Below are positions 42,935 to 53,306 of a DNA stretch of 64,000 bases, in pieces. A program made the position numbers and the translations under genes. The stretch's first letter is position 1. Every line of letters starts with the position of its first letter. Source of the stretch: an uncultured virus (IMG/VR IMGVR_UViG_3300008262_006132) (Duplodnaviria; Heunggongvirae; Uroviricota; Caudoviricetes); IMG/VR virus record IMGVR_UViG_3300008262_006132, positions 1 through 64,000 of that record. The stretch is one strand, 5' to 3'. The notes under the pieces are model-generated. The model ran no database searches and was not told the origin of the DNA. It was given only the letters and a program-made list of their open reading frames with translations.

Positions 42935-44461
42935 ATGGCTACCTATTATTTTAGAAGTACTGGAACAAACTGGGGAACTGCTGGTGACTGGAGTGCTACA
43001 CCGTCTCCAACTTATTCAGCTGGAGCTGTACCAACCACGGCTGATAATGCAGTTTTTGAAGCAGCTAGTGCTAACTGTATAATCAATACTGGTGCTACAC
43101 GCAACTGTGTGAATCTCACTTGTACAAGCTATGTCGGAACTCTTACCTTCAACACCAACTTAGCGGTCACTGGTAACGTAGCACTTGGTTCGTCAGCTAT
43201 GAGTATGACCGGATCTTCTACTCTTGCTCTTACGGTACCGGGTTCAACTTTGTCTCTATCGTCTGCAGGATGTACTTGTTCGGTTCCGATGCAGATTTTA
43301 AAAGCCTCTGGTGCTTTAACCGTAACTTGGGGAAGCAATTGGACTCAATCAGGATCGTTTACAATGACTGGAACATCATGGATTTGGAATGGTAACACAG
43401 TTACTTTTAAAAATTCTGTTGCTTGGAATGTCTCAAATCTTTCTGGTACTACTGCTATTATTCTCGCTCCTGACATTTCAACGACTATGAACATAACAAG
43501 TACTGGAAGTCCTGTATGGGGATTATCCTCAGTAACAATAAACGGTGCGGGTACAGTAAATTTAACAGTATCTTTCTTTTTTTCCGGCACATTTACTTGG
43601 ACCGCTGGATCTGTTACTCACACCGGTACTATTACTTTTAACCCTGGAACTAGTACTATGAATACTTCAGGAATGTCATTTCAAAACGGACAAAATAGTA
43701 CCTCTGCTACAAGCGCTGTAGTTCTTACATCAGACCTTACATTCACAGGAGATTACGCATATAACAGATCTGCAACTAGCTTCAACCCGGCTGGTCGAAC
43801 CGTGTTTGTTGGTGGTAATTTGACGATTGGTGTTGGTGTAATTAATATCAACACAGTTCTCGGAGCAGCTACTATAGTTATGAACGGAACTGGTACTATC
43901 AGCGGATCTGCTCCGAATGCAATGACCGTGCCTTTAACTATAAGCACATCTGGGACTATCACTTTTTCAGGAAACATTAACTGGTTGAGAACACTCACTT
44001 TTACTTCAGGTACTATAGTCTCGAATGCTACAATAACTTGTAACAGTGCTAGTACATTTACTCTGAATGCTCCTGGTTTCTCTTTTGCAACTTTCAGCAC
44101 GAGTGCTAACTCAACTTTCACTGGATCTGAAGGATGCACTTTTGTGACTTTCACATCACAGACTGCTGGAACAACACACACATTCCAGTCTACTGACACA
44201 TACACAATTACTTCTGCTTTAAACTTGCTTGGTACAGCTGCCTCTGCACTTACTTTTAGATCAAGTTCTGCTGGAAGTTTGGCAACTGTCACGATACCAT
44301 ATGGGGCTAGTTTAGATGTGGGTCACGTTACTGCAACTGATATCAACTCTTCAAATGGAAGAACAATTTGGGTTTATAAAGGAACTATAGGAGCTGGAAC
44401 TCTTAACTGGCAACAATTACCAACAGTTCCGAAAACAGTTGGTGTAGCTTGGGTTAGATAA
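42935..44461 (+). CDS. Thr-rich beta-solenoid/adhesin-like virion protein, paralog B
   Basis: GTNWGTAGDWS..AVPT start; shared GSEGCxF, GASxDVG..ATDIxSSxGxTIWxYxGT, NWQQLPxxPKTV. Confidence 0.75.
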   Translation: MATYYFRSTGTNWGTAGDWSATPSPTYSAGAVPTTADNAVFEAASANCIINTGATRNCVNLTCTSYVGTLTFNTNLAVTGNVALGSSAMSMTGSSTLALTVPGSTLSLSSAGCTCSVPMQILKASGALTVTWGSNWTQSGSFTMTGTSWIWNGNTVTFKNSVAWNVSNLSGTTAIILAPDISTTMNITSTGSPVWGLSSVTINGAGTVNLTVSFFFSGTFTWTAGSVTHTGTITFNPGTSTMNTSGMSFQNGQNSTSATSAVVLTSDLTFTGDYAYNRSATSFNPAGRTVFVGGNLTIGVGVININTVLGAATIVMNGTGTISGSAPNAMTVPLTISTSGTITFSGNINWLRTLTFTSGTIVSNATITCNSASTFTLNAPGFSFATFSTSANSTFTGSEGCTFVTFTSQTAGTTHTFQSTDTYTITSALNLLGTAASALTFRSSSAGSLATVTIPYGASLDVGHVTATDINSSNGRTIWVYKGTIGAGTLNWQQLPTVPKTVGVAWVR

Positions 44462-44466
44462 CTATC

Positions 44467-44967
44467 CTATTTTCTAGGACCAAAAAGATAAGAAACACTA
44501 AAAGTATATTGTGGGATTTTCCACTCCTTATCTTGAGTCGTAATTCTGTAATCAAAGCATAGTCTATCTAAATCTAGACCTACTCCTACTACTGGTGTTC
44601 CAAAAGTTGATTCAGATGTGTATGTTAGTGAGTTCAATCCCATATTATTTTGACCTTGAAAAATTAACCTTGAACGAAGTTCACCACCGATATTCACTCT
44701 AACAGTTCTGAAAAAACGAGCACCAAAAACAAAAGGAATACGCATCTCAGTTAGTTTTCTGTTTCTAACATCCCAGAGTAAATTAACTTCTGGTTGAGCA
44801 TAAATGAATTTATTTATTCTACGAACTGAGAATCCAATCTGAAATTCAGTAGAACTAAATCTTTCAGAATTACTAATCCAACCAACATTAGGTCCATAAT
44901 TAGAACGTGGTTGTGCAAATCCCACAGATGAAAAAACAATTAAAATTAAAATTAAAACTTTATTCAT
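44467..44967 (-). CDS. Small outer-membrane beta-barrel protein
   Basis: Signal peptide; alternating strands (YAQPEVN, GVGLDL); terminal FSVSYLF. Confidence 0.7.
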   Translation of the reverse strand: MNKVLILILIVFSSVGFAQPRSNYGPNVGWISNSERFSSTEFQIGFSVRRINKFIYAQPEVNLLWDVRNRKLTEMRIPFVFGARFFRTVRVNIGGELRSRLIFQGQNNMGLNSLTYTSESTFGTPVVGVGLDLDRLCFDYRITTQDKEWKIPQYTFSVSYLFGPRK

Positions 44968-45042
44968 ATTGTAAATATAAAAAATATTTTTTAAGAAATC
45001 AACTTTTATAAGACAAAAAAGAATATTTTATATATAATCCAT

Positions 45043-45390
45043 ATGATTTTTGAAATTTTTTGGGTAGTTTTTATACTCTTTATCTGGTTTGAAACAGATG
45101 CATTTATACAATATTCAAAGTTATTTAGACTCACTAAAATAACTAAAATTGAATCATGGGAAAACTATAAGTTGACAAATTCTCAAATAAGTTACCTAGA
45201 CTATATACTTATTAAACATAAAGGATTTTTCTCTAAACTTATTTGTTGCCAACCTTGTTTAACTTTTTGGTTAACTTTCATCGTTAAATTATTCTTTATC
45301 TCAGAGTTTGAATTTTTCGTTGCTACTTTTCCAATTACATACATCTTATCCTATGTAATATACAAATTAATTAAGAAATATGTCAACTAA
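45043..45390 (+). CDS. Membrane protein with CxxCxxFW motif
   Basis: CCQPCLTFWL flanked by hydrophobic helices. Confidence 0.65.
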   Translation: MIFEIFWVVFILFIWFETDAFIQYSKLFRLTKITKIESWENYKLTNSQISYLDYILIKHKGFFSKLICCQPCLTFWLTFIVKLFFISEFEFFVATFPITYILSYVIYKLIKKYVN

Positions 45391-45673
45391 TGGTTATGGA
45401 CTCGAGATTACTCGCAGTATTTTAATAAATACTCCTCAAGAATTTTATAGACTTCTAACTGATATTCAATATAGAACACCACAATTTATCCCATTTATGG
45501 ATAGAGTTGATATTTATACAAATGGTTGTACTTGTCAAGCCGAGAATAATTTTAAGCAAGTGGTTGCAGAATATAGAAAATTTATTAACTTCGATATGAC
45601 TGAATTAAAAGAAAAGGCAAGATGCGCAACAATACAGTTTTATCTAGATGGTGAATTACTTTTCAGTCTGTAA
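45380..45673 (+). CDS. Hypothetical protein
   Basis: 97 aa, GCTC motif. Confidence 0.6.
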   Translation: MSTNGYGLEITRSILINTPQEFYRLLTDIQYRTPQFIPFMDRVDIYTNGCTCQAENNFKQVVAEYRKFINFDMTELKEKARCATIQFYLDGELLFSL

Positions 45674-46612
45674 TATTTGTTCTAATTCTTTTAGAGTTTT
45701 TGCTTGAATTTTTTCTATTTGATAAATTAAATCCTCGCAGGAATTTCTCCAGTCTTCAATAAAAGTATCCAAAGATGATATTACTGTTGATATAACCATA
45801 TTTCTTATTTCAGGTTCTTTATATGACTTTTTCAAACCCCATACGTGTTTAATGTTCCAAGTAAGATACTGATTTTCAAGATTGAATCCGATTTTGGGTT
45901 CCCACTCACTACCAAGATGATCAGATGTTATATGAGGTAAATAAATATTCGGGATTAATTTACCAACCTTCATTTTTAAAGTATAAGCGATCGCTGATAA
46001 TAATCTTTGTTCTATGAATATAGTATCAGCGGATAAATTAAATATTGGTTCATTTTTATTTAACTCAATTGTTCTTAGAACCCATTTATACCATTCATCA
46101 ACTAAATGACTAGAATTTAAATATAAAAACGCACAATTAATTGGATTCATAGACCAGTCAATTAGTGAACTCTCAGTCGATTTAAGAAACGTTTCTGGAT
46201 GTAAATAAGGATTTTTAAGATCATCGATTACATCTTCTTCATGATATCCAATAAATTGAAATTTATTATCAATGTTAATTGGTTCTTGAATCCAAAGATC
46301 TGTGTCTAATACTACAAATTCTTTATAACTTTCAGATATTTTTTTAATCGCGTGTATTTTACAAAAACTCCAATATTTTTCTAAATGTTCAGAATAAGGT
46401 ATATCTTGCAGACAATTTAGATTTATACTATCATATAATTTATCTATACCCCACAGTTTTAGTGATTCGAGATGGTTTTCGTTACAATATAAATGTATTG
46501 GTCCTTGATTTTTTTTCCAGAATTTTATAGACGCCACTTGGACCAATAAGTTTATTAGGTCAAACTTTGGAATATCTCGCTCTTTTTGGTAATAAATATG
46601 AAAAGCGTTCAT
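45656..46612 (-). CDS. Putative GT-A fold glycosyltransferase
   Basis: WSFCKI, VVLDTDLW (DxD), INCAFL, IEQRLL, KHVWG. Confidence 0.65.
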   Translation of the reverse strand: MNAFHIYYQKERDIPKFDLINLLVQVASIKFWKKNQGPIHLYCNENHLESLKLWGIDKLYDSINLNCLQDIPYSEHLEKYWSFCKIHAIKKISESYKEFVVLDTDLWIQEPINIDNKFQFIGYHEEDVIDDLKNPYLHPETFLKSTESSLIDWSMNPINCAFLYLNSSHLVDEWYKWVLRTIELNKNEPIFNLSADTIFIEQRLLSAIAYTLKMKVGKLIPNIYLPHITSDHLGSEWEPKIGFNLENQYLTWNIKHVWGLKKSYKEPEIRNMVISTVISSLDTFIEDWRNSCEDLIYQIEKIQAKTLKELEQILQTEK

Positions 46613-46648
46613 ATAAAACTTATATAAAAAAAATTAATATCAGTTTAT

Positions 46649-47359
46649 ATGGATATTAATAAGTATTTTGATAAAATATATTTACTCAATCTTCACAGAA
46701 GAAAAGATAGACTAAATAAATCGTTAGAGAAATTACAACAATTTGATATTGAAGTTGAAGTTTTTGGAGCAGCCGATGGGTCTGTATTAAATCATCTTTT
46801 TAAGAAATTAGATAACCCACGTTTTTTAAACACTGGATACTTAGGGTCAACAATTTCTCACCTCTCAATTTATAGAGATGCTCTTTCAAATGGATATGAA
46901 AGGATTTTAATATTAGAAGATGATAATTTAATTAATAAAAACATTCATCAGATATTCGAATCACAAGAAATACCTGAGTGGGAAGATTTATTCTATCTTG
47001 GATACATCCCATTAAGTGATGACCTTGTAATGTGGACTTATGGTATTACCATGTTAAAAGACCAAATGTTAACTGATAAAATTTTCAAGTGTCATAATCT
47101 CTGGGGTCTATATGCCTATGGAATAACATCAAAAGTTATGAGAGAAATGATAGATGTTTATAACAGTGAATTTCCGATGGAGATCGATAGATATTTTGTA
47201 AACTCTATTCAAAAAAGAAATGGTTCTATTGCGATAGGTCCTCAACTTTTTTGTTGCGATTATGATAATTTTAGTGACAATCAAGGATTTGCACCAGACA
47301 ATCACATTACAATCAAGTCAATCGATAGTAGATTTGCAAGCATTCAAGATTATATTTAA
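46649..47359 (+). CDS. Glycosyltransferase family 25
   Basis: FDKIYLLNLHRRKDR, AADG, GSTISH, ILILEDD, YLG, YAY, EID. Confidence 0.88.
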   Translation: MDINKYFDKIYLLNLHRRKDRLNKSLEKLQQFDIEVEVFGAADGSVLNHLFKKLDNPRFLNTGYLGSTISHLSIYRDALSNGYERILILEDDNLINKNIHQIFESQEIPEWEDLFYLGYIPLSDDLVMWTYGITMLKDQMLTDKIFKCHNLWGLYAYGITSKVMREMIDVYNSEFPMEIDRYFVNSIQKRNGSIAIGPQLFCCDYDNFSDNQGFAPDNHITIKSIDSRFASIQDYI

Positions 47360-47760
47360 TCAAGTAGATTTTTAAGATTCGCACTTCTGTTCACTTGAGA
47401 ATTACCTCCAAGATATTTCAAAATATTTGAAGGCGGGAATTTAAATTGACGACCATCAACTTTTCTTCTGCCTATAATTGGATACTTACGATTCTTAGTC
47501 ATGAAACTTTCAACCACAAAAACACCATTAGAACAGGTAAATTCCATTCCAATAATGTTTTGTGTAAAACCATATCGTTTAGAAAGTGCTAAATTAGCCT
47601 TATCATCAACTACCGTGTCTTTTGTAGATATTGACATTTTCATTTGTGATGTTGAAAATGATATATTTGAGACTTGAAATTCGATACCTTCTTCCTCTTG
47701 TATTTTAAGAAGTGCTGACTTAATCTTTTCTGACAAGTAAATTGCTTTTTCTCTGTTCAT
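47356..47760 (-). CDS. Hypothetical protein
   Basis: 134 aa; NRKYPII motif. Confidence 0.65.
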   Translation of the reverse strand: MNREKAIYLSEKIKSALLKIQEEEGIEFQVSNISFSTSQMKMSISTKDTVVDDKANLALSKRYGFTQNIIGMEFTCSNGVFVVESFMTKNRKYPIIGRRKVDGRQFKFPPSNILKYLGGNSQVNRSANLKNLLD

Positions 47761-47761
47761 A

Positions 47762-48184
47762 TTATTTTGTGTAGATTAATTGACCGTTAAAAAACCCATA
47801 AGCATCATCCATTTTTGAAATTCTCTTTTCAATTCTAAACATATAGTTAATAAAAAGCTGCCGGATGTTTTTATTACCACTTGTGTTGTCTGAGTGTACG
47901 AACCAATCAGGTAAGATCTTATTATTATCAATACAATAATTTACTAACCAATCTGCTGCATCTTTACCAGTCAGTTCATTTCCAGAAACATCCCAAGAGT
48001 CAATATCGTGATCAAAAGAAATAAATTGTATTTTATCAAAATTATTTTTAACGACACTAATAAAATCTTGATAGTTTCTAACTATTGTCCAGTTTTTAGA
48101 ATTTCCAAATTCTTTTCCTAAACCACGATCAGAGTTGTGAACAACTCGTGGTGAAATTCTAATATCATCTAAGAATATTAACAT
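47762..48184 (-). CDS. Cyclic-phosphate-processing receiver (REC-like) domain protein
   Basis: IFLDDIR, VRNYQDF, ISFDHD, TGKDAADWL, VHSDN; TATATTTG on the minus strand 48190-48197. Confidence 0.8.
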   Translation of the reverse strand: MLIFLDDIRISPRVVHNSDRGLGKEFGNSKNWTIVRNYQDFISVVKNNFDKIQFISFDHDIDSWDVSGNELTGKDAADWLVNYCIDNNKILPDWFVHSDNTSGNKNIRQLFINYMFRIEKRISKMDDAYGFFNGQLIYTK

Positions 48185-48242
48185 AATTACAAATATAAGG
48201 TATGAATCTAAACTATAGAAATTATTTTTAATATAATTTTTG

Positions 48243-48602
48243 ATGATTTTTATATCCCCTAAAATTAAAGTAGAAAAATCTCCTATTCATGGATATGGAG
48301 TTTTCGCAAAAGAGTTTATCCCATCTGGTGAAATTCTCGAAACTTGTCATTTCTGGATACTTGAAGAAAAAGATTTTCAGAAACTAGACAAAACTATTCA
48401 ACAAATATCATTTGCCTATCCAATTTTCACAAGTGACTCACACGCTATTGTACTTGGATGGGGTAGTATTTATAACCACAGCACAGAAAACAATGCAGCT
48501 TGGGCAACTGATACAGAAAACCAATTGTTTAAATTTTTCACTGTAAAAGATATTAATCCAGGTGAAGAAATTCTCACTAATTATCTTAAAACCACAATTT
48601 AA
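48243..48602 (+). CDS. SET-domain methyltransferase
   Basis: SPIHGYGVFA, YNHS..N, DINPGEEILTNY. Confidence 0.9.
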   Translation: MIFISPKIKVEKSPIHGYGVFAKEFIPSGEILETCHFWILEEKDFQKLDKTIQQISFAYPIFTSDSHAIVLGWGSIYNHSTENNAAWATDTENQLFKFFTVKDINPGEEILTNYLKTTI

Positions 48603-48605
48603 AAA

Positions 48606-48848
48606 ATGAGTAATCAAACAACAAATACTGGAATAAGTGTTTATACTACAATATTTTTAATATTTTTAGTATTGAAACTAACTGGAAATATAAGCTGGTC
48701 TTGGTGGTGGGTTACTTCTCCACTTTGGATTCCACTACTTCTAGTACTTTCTATAATGGCATTGATTTTTATTTTTGGACTAGTATACATTGCCACAACA
48801 GGCAAAAATATCGATCAGTTAATCAAAAAAATTCAAAAAAAAGATTAA
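48606..48848 (+). CDS. Small membrane protein (WSWWWV motif)
   Basis: LVLKLTGNISWSWWWVTSPLWIP. Confidence 0.75.
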   Translation: MSNQTTNTGISVYTTIFLIFLVLKLTGNISWSWWWVTSPLWIPLLLVLSIMALIFIFGLVYIATTGKNIDQLIKKIQKKD

Positions 48849-48922
48849 ACTTTTTAAAACCTAAGCTGATTCACGAATATAACTATTAATGAAGAAATTC
48901 ATAGAAAAAACAAGTTAAATAA

Positions 48923-49198
48923 ATGAACAAAGCAGATTTAGTAAATGAAATCTCTTCTAAGACAGGTTTAACAAAGACCAAATCAAATGAAGTTATTGAT
49001 TCAATTGTTTCATCAATCCAATCAGCTCTTGCTGGTGGTGACAAAGTTACTCTTGTTGGATTTGGTACTTTTGACACTATAACTCGTCAGAGCCGTAGAG
49101 GTCGTAATCCTAAAACAGGAGCTGAATTAACAATTCCTGAGAAGAAGGTTGCTCGTTTCAAGGCTGGTAGTGGTCTATCTAATGTTGTAAATTCATAA
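48923..49198 (+). CDS. hup: HU family DNA-binding protein
   Basis: MNKADLV, VTLVGFGTF, RRGRNPKTG, FKAG. Confidence 0.96.
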   Translation: MNKADLVNEISSKTGLTKTKSNEVIDSIVSSIQSALAGGDKVTLVGFGTFDTITRQSRRGRNPKTGAELTIPEKKVARFKAGSGLSNVVNS

Positions 49199-49221
49199 TT
49201 TAGAATTAGATAATATACCTT

Positions 49222-49260
49222 TAACCCTCGACAATTAATTTTGATCGAGGGTTATTTTTT
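49222..49260 (+). terminator. Intrinsic terminator after HU
   Basis: TAACCCTCGA...TCGAGGGTTA plus T-run. Confidence 0.8.
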
Positions 49261-49284
49261 TATATATTTACAAAAAATAAAATT

Positions 49285-49488
49285 ATGAAAAAAGTACTTT
49301 TCTTAACTTCACTGATAATTTCAATTACATCTTGTGATTACAATGAAGGTGTACCTGTAATTGTTAATAAGCAACAATCATTTATTCCAGGTAAATGTCT
49401 CTATACTTATGAAGGATTTGGTCGAGAAGAAACCTTTGATGACGATTGTAATAAATATCAAGTTGGAGATACTCTTAGAGGTCAGTAA
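49285..49488 (+). CDS. Small lipoprotein
   Basis: Lipobox ITSC; YQVGDTL tail. Confidence 0.65.
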   Translation: MKKVLFLTSLIISITSCDYNEGVPVIVNKQQSFIPGKCLYTYEGFGREETFDDDCNKYQVGDTLRGQ

Positions 49489-50020
49489 AATTGTCCTTTG
49501 AGTCTAAAAATTTTAAATCACTAGGTGTGACTTTTATTCCGTCAAAGTGATTAAAAAACCGACAAAGATCCTCAAGACTTTCTCTTGTGAGAGCAAATAC
49601 TGTATTACTTGGATCCATTTTTGAATGATACGAAGTATATTGATAAGGCTCTACAATATTAGGTGATTTTATATTAAACCCTGAAGCTATAAAATTACCA
49701 AGTGTGATCTCGACATTTAAGTGAAAGTCTTTTTCTTCAGCATTATGAATCGGTCCTAAATCAATTTCAAGTGTATCTGGAATACCGTCTATATCAAAAT
49801 CGCGGTCATATGTAATTTGATAAACAGCATCTGACATAATATTTCCAAGTTTGTATCTACAAGAAATATTTGTTGACATGCCAGTTTTTGGATCTATCAA
49901 CATTCCGTTAATATCTGTGATATCACCACTTATAATTGTAAGATATTTAGGAGTGATATTTCTTATATCATATTCGAAAATATCAGTTAGTGCTTCATTG
50001 AATCTTCTTATTTTGACCAT
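49475..50020 (-). CDS. Hypothetical protein with CTS-like N-terminus (MVKIRRFNEA)
   Basis: TAATATATA on the minus strand just upstream. Confidence 0.7.
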   Translation of the reverse strand: MVKIRRFNEALTDIFEYDIRNITPKYLTIISGDITDINGMLIDPKTGMSTNISCRYKLGNIMSDAVYQITYDRDFDIDGIPDTLEIDLGPIHNAEEKDFHLNVEITLGNFIASGFNIKSPNIVEPYQYTSYHSKMDPSNTVFALTRESLEDLCRFFNHFDGIKVTPSDLKFLDSKDNFTDL

Positions 50021-50030
50021 AAGGTATATA

Positions 50031-50177
50031 TTATAGTCTAGTTCTTAAATCTCTAACAACTCTCAGGCAAAAGTCACAGATTATCACTGGTCCGTCTTTA
50101 GTCATTATAGATTTTCTGTCACAATTTGCTTGGCAATCTTTTTTACCAAATTCTGCGTATTTATTTAAATTTTCCAT
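50031..50177 (-). CDS. 48-aa Zn-ribbon-like protein (not in ORF track)
   Basis: MENLNKYAEFGKKDCQANCDRK..IICDFCLRVVRDLRTRL. Confidence 0.55.
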   Translation of the reverse strand: MENLNKYAEFGKKDCQANCDRKSIMTKDGPVIICDFCLRVVRDLRTRL

Positions 50178-50200
50178 ATATTTACAAATAATTAAAAGAG

Positions 50201-50368
50201 GTGAAAAAACTTATATCATTTATAGAAATACTTGTAATTTTAGCATTTGTCGTTTATACCTTCTACACAAATGATAAACCAACTGATAAAGTATTTTTCT
50301 TTTTACTTGAATTAAGTGCTGTTTCAATTTGGCACCTTTATGACAAGTACAAACATCCTGAGAATTAG
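50201..50368 (+). CDS. 55-aa membrane protein (not in ORF track)
   Basis: GTG start; KKLISFIEILVILAFVVYTFY..VFFFLLELSAVSIW. Confidence 0.5.
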   Translation: MKKLISFIEILVILAFVVYTFYTNDKPTDKVFFFLLELSAVSIWHLYDKYKHPEN

Positions 50369-50369
50369 A

Positions 50370-50735
50370 TCACTCACACACCTTTCTAAAAGGTTCGTCA
50401 TCTTGTAGATCAGGATTCATAGTATCAATCGGAATTTTATTTTTAGGTTGCTCAGACGATCTTTGGAGAAAAGTTGCTACAAATACTTCATCGACTTTTT
50501 TAGTCACAAAATTCGGACTTTGTTTTTTGATAAGCTTTTGAAAATCTTTGCTCAAAAGTGTGGTTGTGATCATGTTTGTTGTAATCCAGTAGTCTACACT
50601 TTTGTCAAATACTTTATAATCCTCAATTAGATAGTCGTGAATAAGATATTCTAATTTTGATTTTGTATTACTATTATCATTAAGTAATACTTTAATAATA
50701 GCATTAAGCTTTTCTATGTTCGGAAAATAATTCAT
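50370..50735 (-). CDS. Hypothetical protein
   Basis: 121 aa downstream of purA. Confidence 0.6.
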   Translation of the reverse strand: MNYFPNIEKLNAIIKVLLNDNSNTKSKLEYLIHDYLIEDYKVFDKSVDYWITTNMITTTLLSKDFQKLIKKQSPNFVTKKVDEVFVATFLQRSSEQPKNKIPIDTMNPDLQDDEPFRKVCE

Positions 50736-50741
50736 CTTTTT

Positions 50742-51986
<1,245 letters not shown>

Positions 51987-52038
51987 TTAACTTATATTTT
52001 AGATTAATTTTAGGTAAAAGTTTGTAGAAAATGGTTGT

Positions 52039-52365
52039 TTAAATAGAGAAACTTTCACCACAACCACAAACTTTTGAGGCCTGTGGATTCTTCCATTCAA
52101 ATCCTTTACCATTTAGACCATCTGAGTAGTCTAATTCTGTTCCTATTAGGTACAGAAGAGATTTTTTATTTGTGATTATTTTGATATCGAATTGTTCAAA
52201 GACTTGCTCGTCTTCGAAATGTTCATTTGAGAAATCCATATTGTATTTTAAGCCTGAGCAGCCACCTCCGACTATTTCAACTTTAAGAAAATAATCATCA
52301 GAATGACCAGCATCATTCATTAGTTCTTTTACTTTCTGATACGCTTTTTCAGATAGTGTTATCAT
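52039..52365 (-). CDS. iscA: HesB/IscA-type Fe-S cluster assembly protein
   Basis: GGGCSGLKY, GTELDYSDGL, NPQA..CGCGESF. Confidence 0.93.
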   Translation of the reverse strand: MITLSEKAYQKVKELMNDAGHSDDYFLKVEIVGGGCSGLKYNMDFSNEHFEDEQVFEQFDIKIITNKKSLLYLIGTELDYSDGLNGKGFEWKNPQASKVCGCGESFSI

Positions 52366-52377
52366 ACAATTCAAAAA

Positions 52378-53001
52378 TTACTTACTTAGAAGTTTAATTA
52401 GATCTTCGGTGATTTTGGTAATTAATTTTTTACCAGGTTCTATCTCAACATTTGGAATGTTTTTAATACTAGAGAACTCTTCAGCCCCACCTACTTCAAT
52501 TGATTCAATAAGATTTGACATTTCAGCACTATCTTTATATTGGTTCAAATAAAAGGTCTTCAATTCTAAGACAAACTTTGCCATATCAAAACCTTTCTTA
52601 TTATTATACTTAACCATTTGAAGCTCATTATCTTGTTTTTCAACAAGTATATACCAAATAGAATTTTTTGAAATTTTTACATTTTCTAAGAAATTATAGG
52701 CCTTTGAAGCTTTAACTTTTTTTGGAAATTTTGCAACTTTACCGAAAAAATTTACATTAGATTCATTAGCCTCAGGATCATTTTCAGAGTCTGATGGTAA
52801 TTCAATATTTTGGTCTTGTGGTATCAAATTTTTTCTTGATGGCATTTTTTGAATCTTAGAAGATTTATATGGCAAATTTGGATTAGCAGGTCTATCTGAA
52901 TCTGTCATTGGTTGAGCACTTGGTGAAACTTCTTTAAGTTCCTTTTCGCCTTTCATTTCCGTGAATTTCTTAAATCCGGATATCTTTTTATTATCTGCCA
53001 T
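52378..53001 (-). CDS. Hypothetical protein (near-N-terminal FKKFTE motif)
   Basis: 207 aa; TAATATA upstream. Confidence 0.7.
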   Translation of the reverse strand: MADNKKISGFKKFTEMKGEKELKEVSPSAQPMTDSDRPANPNLPYKSSKIQKMPSRKNLIPQDQNIELPSDSENDPEANESNVNFFGKVAKFPKKVKASKAYNFLENVKISKNSIWYILVEKQDNELQMVKYNNKKGFDMAKFVLELKTFYLNQYKDSAEMSNLIESIEVGGAEEFSSIKNIPNVEIEPGKKLITKITEDLIKLLSK

Positions 53002-53050
53002 ATCTTTTAATTTCTTTGTCTATTATATATTATAATTAAATATTGTTTTT

Positions 53051-53305
53051 TTACCTACTGTGTTTATAATGGTACTTGTCTACAATATAGTTTTTAAAGT
53101 TTTTCATCACATTCATTTGGTCGAATAAAAGAGAAACTAATGGTTGCATTTTATTTAACCAACTATTCATCATATCATTTTCATACATATATGGTGACAG
53201 TGATGAGTTGAGTATCTGTTTCTCATAATCAACATAATCTTTAAAGTCATCATGACGATGCTTTAAGAAGTATAACTCAGGTATTTCTTTTCTTTCAATT
53301 AGCAT
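53051..53305 (-). CDS. Hypothetical protein downstream of the baseplate wedge gene
   Basis: 84 aa, abutting. Confidence 0.65.
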   Translation of the reverse strand: MLIERKEIPELYFLKHRHDDFKDYVDYEKQILNSSLSPYMYENDMMNSWLNKMQPLVSLLFDQMNVMKNFKNYIVDKYHYKHSR

Positions 53306-53306
53306 T

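Noticed and set aside
30876..44292. Many alternative-frame and antisense ORFs inside the fibre genes (also in groEL and other long genes)
   Set aside because: Shadow ORFs caused by repetitive, stop-poor codon structure; they have no own promoter or recognisable motif.
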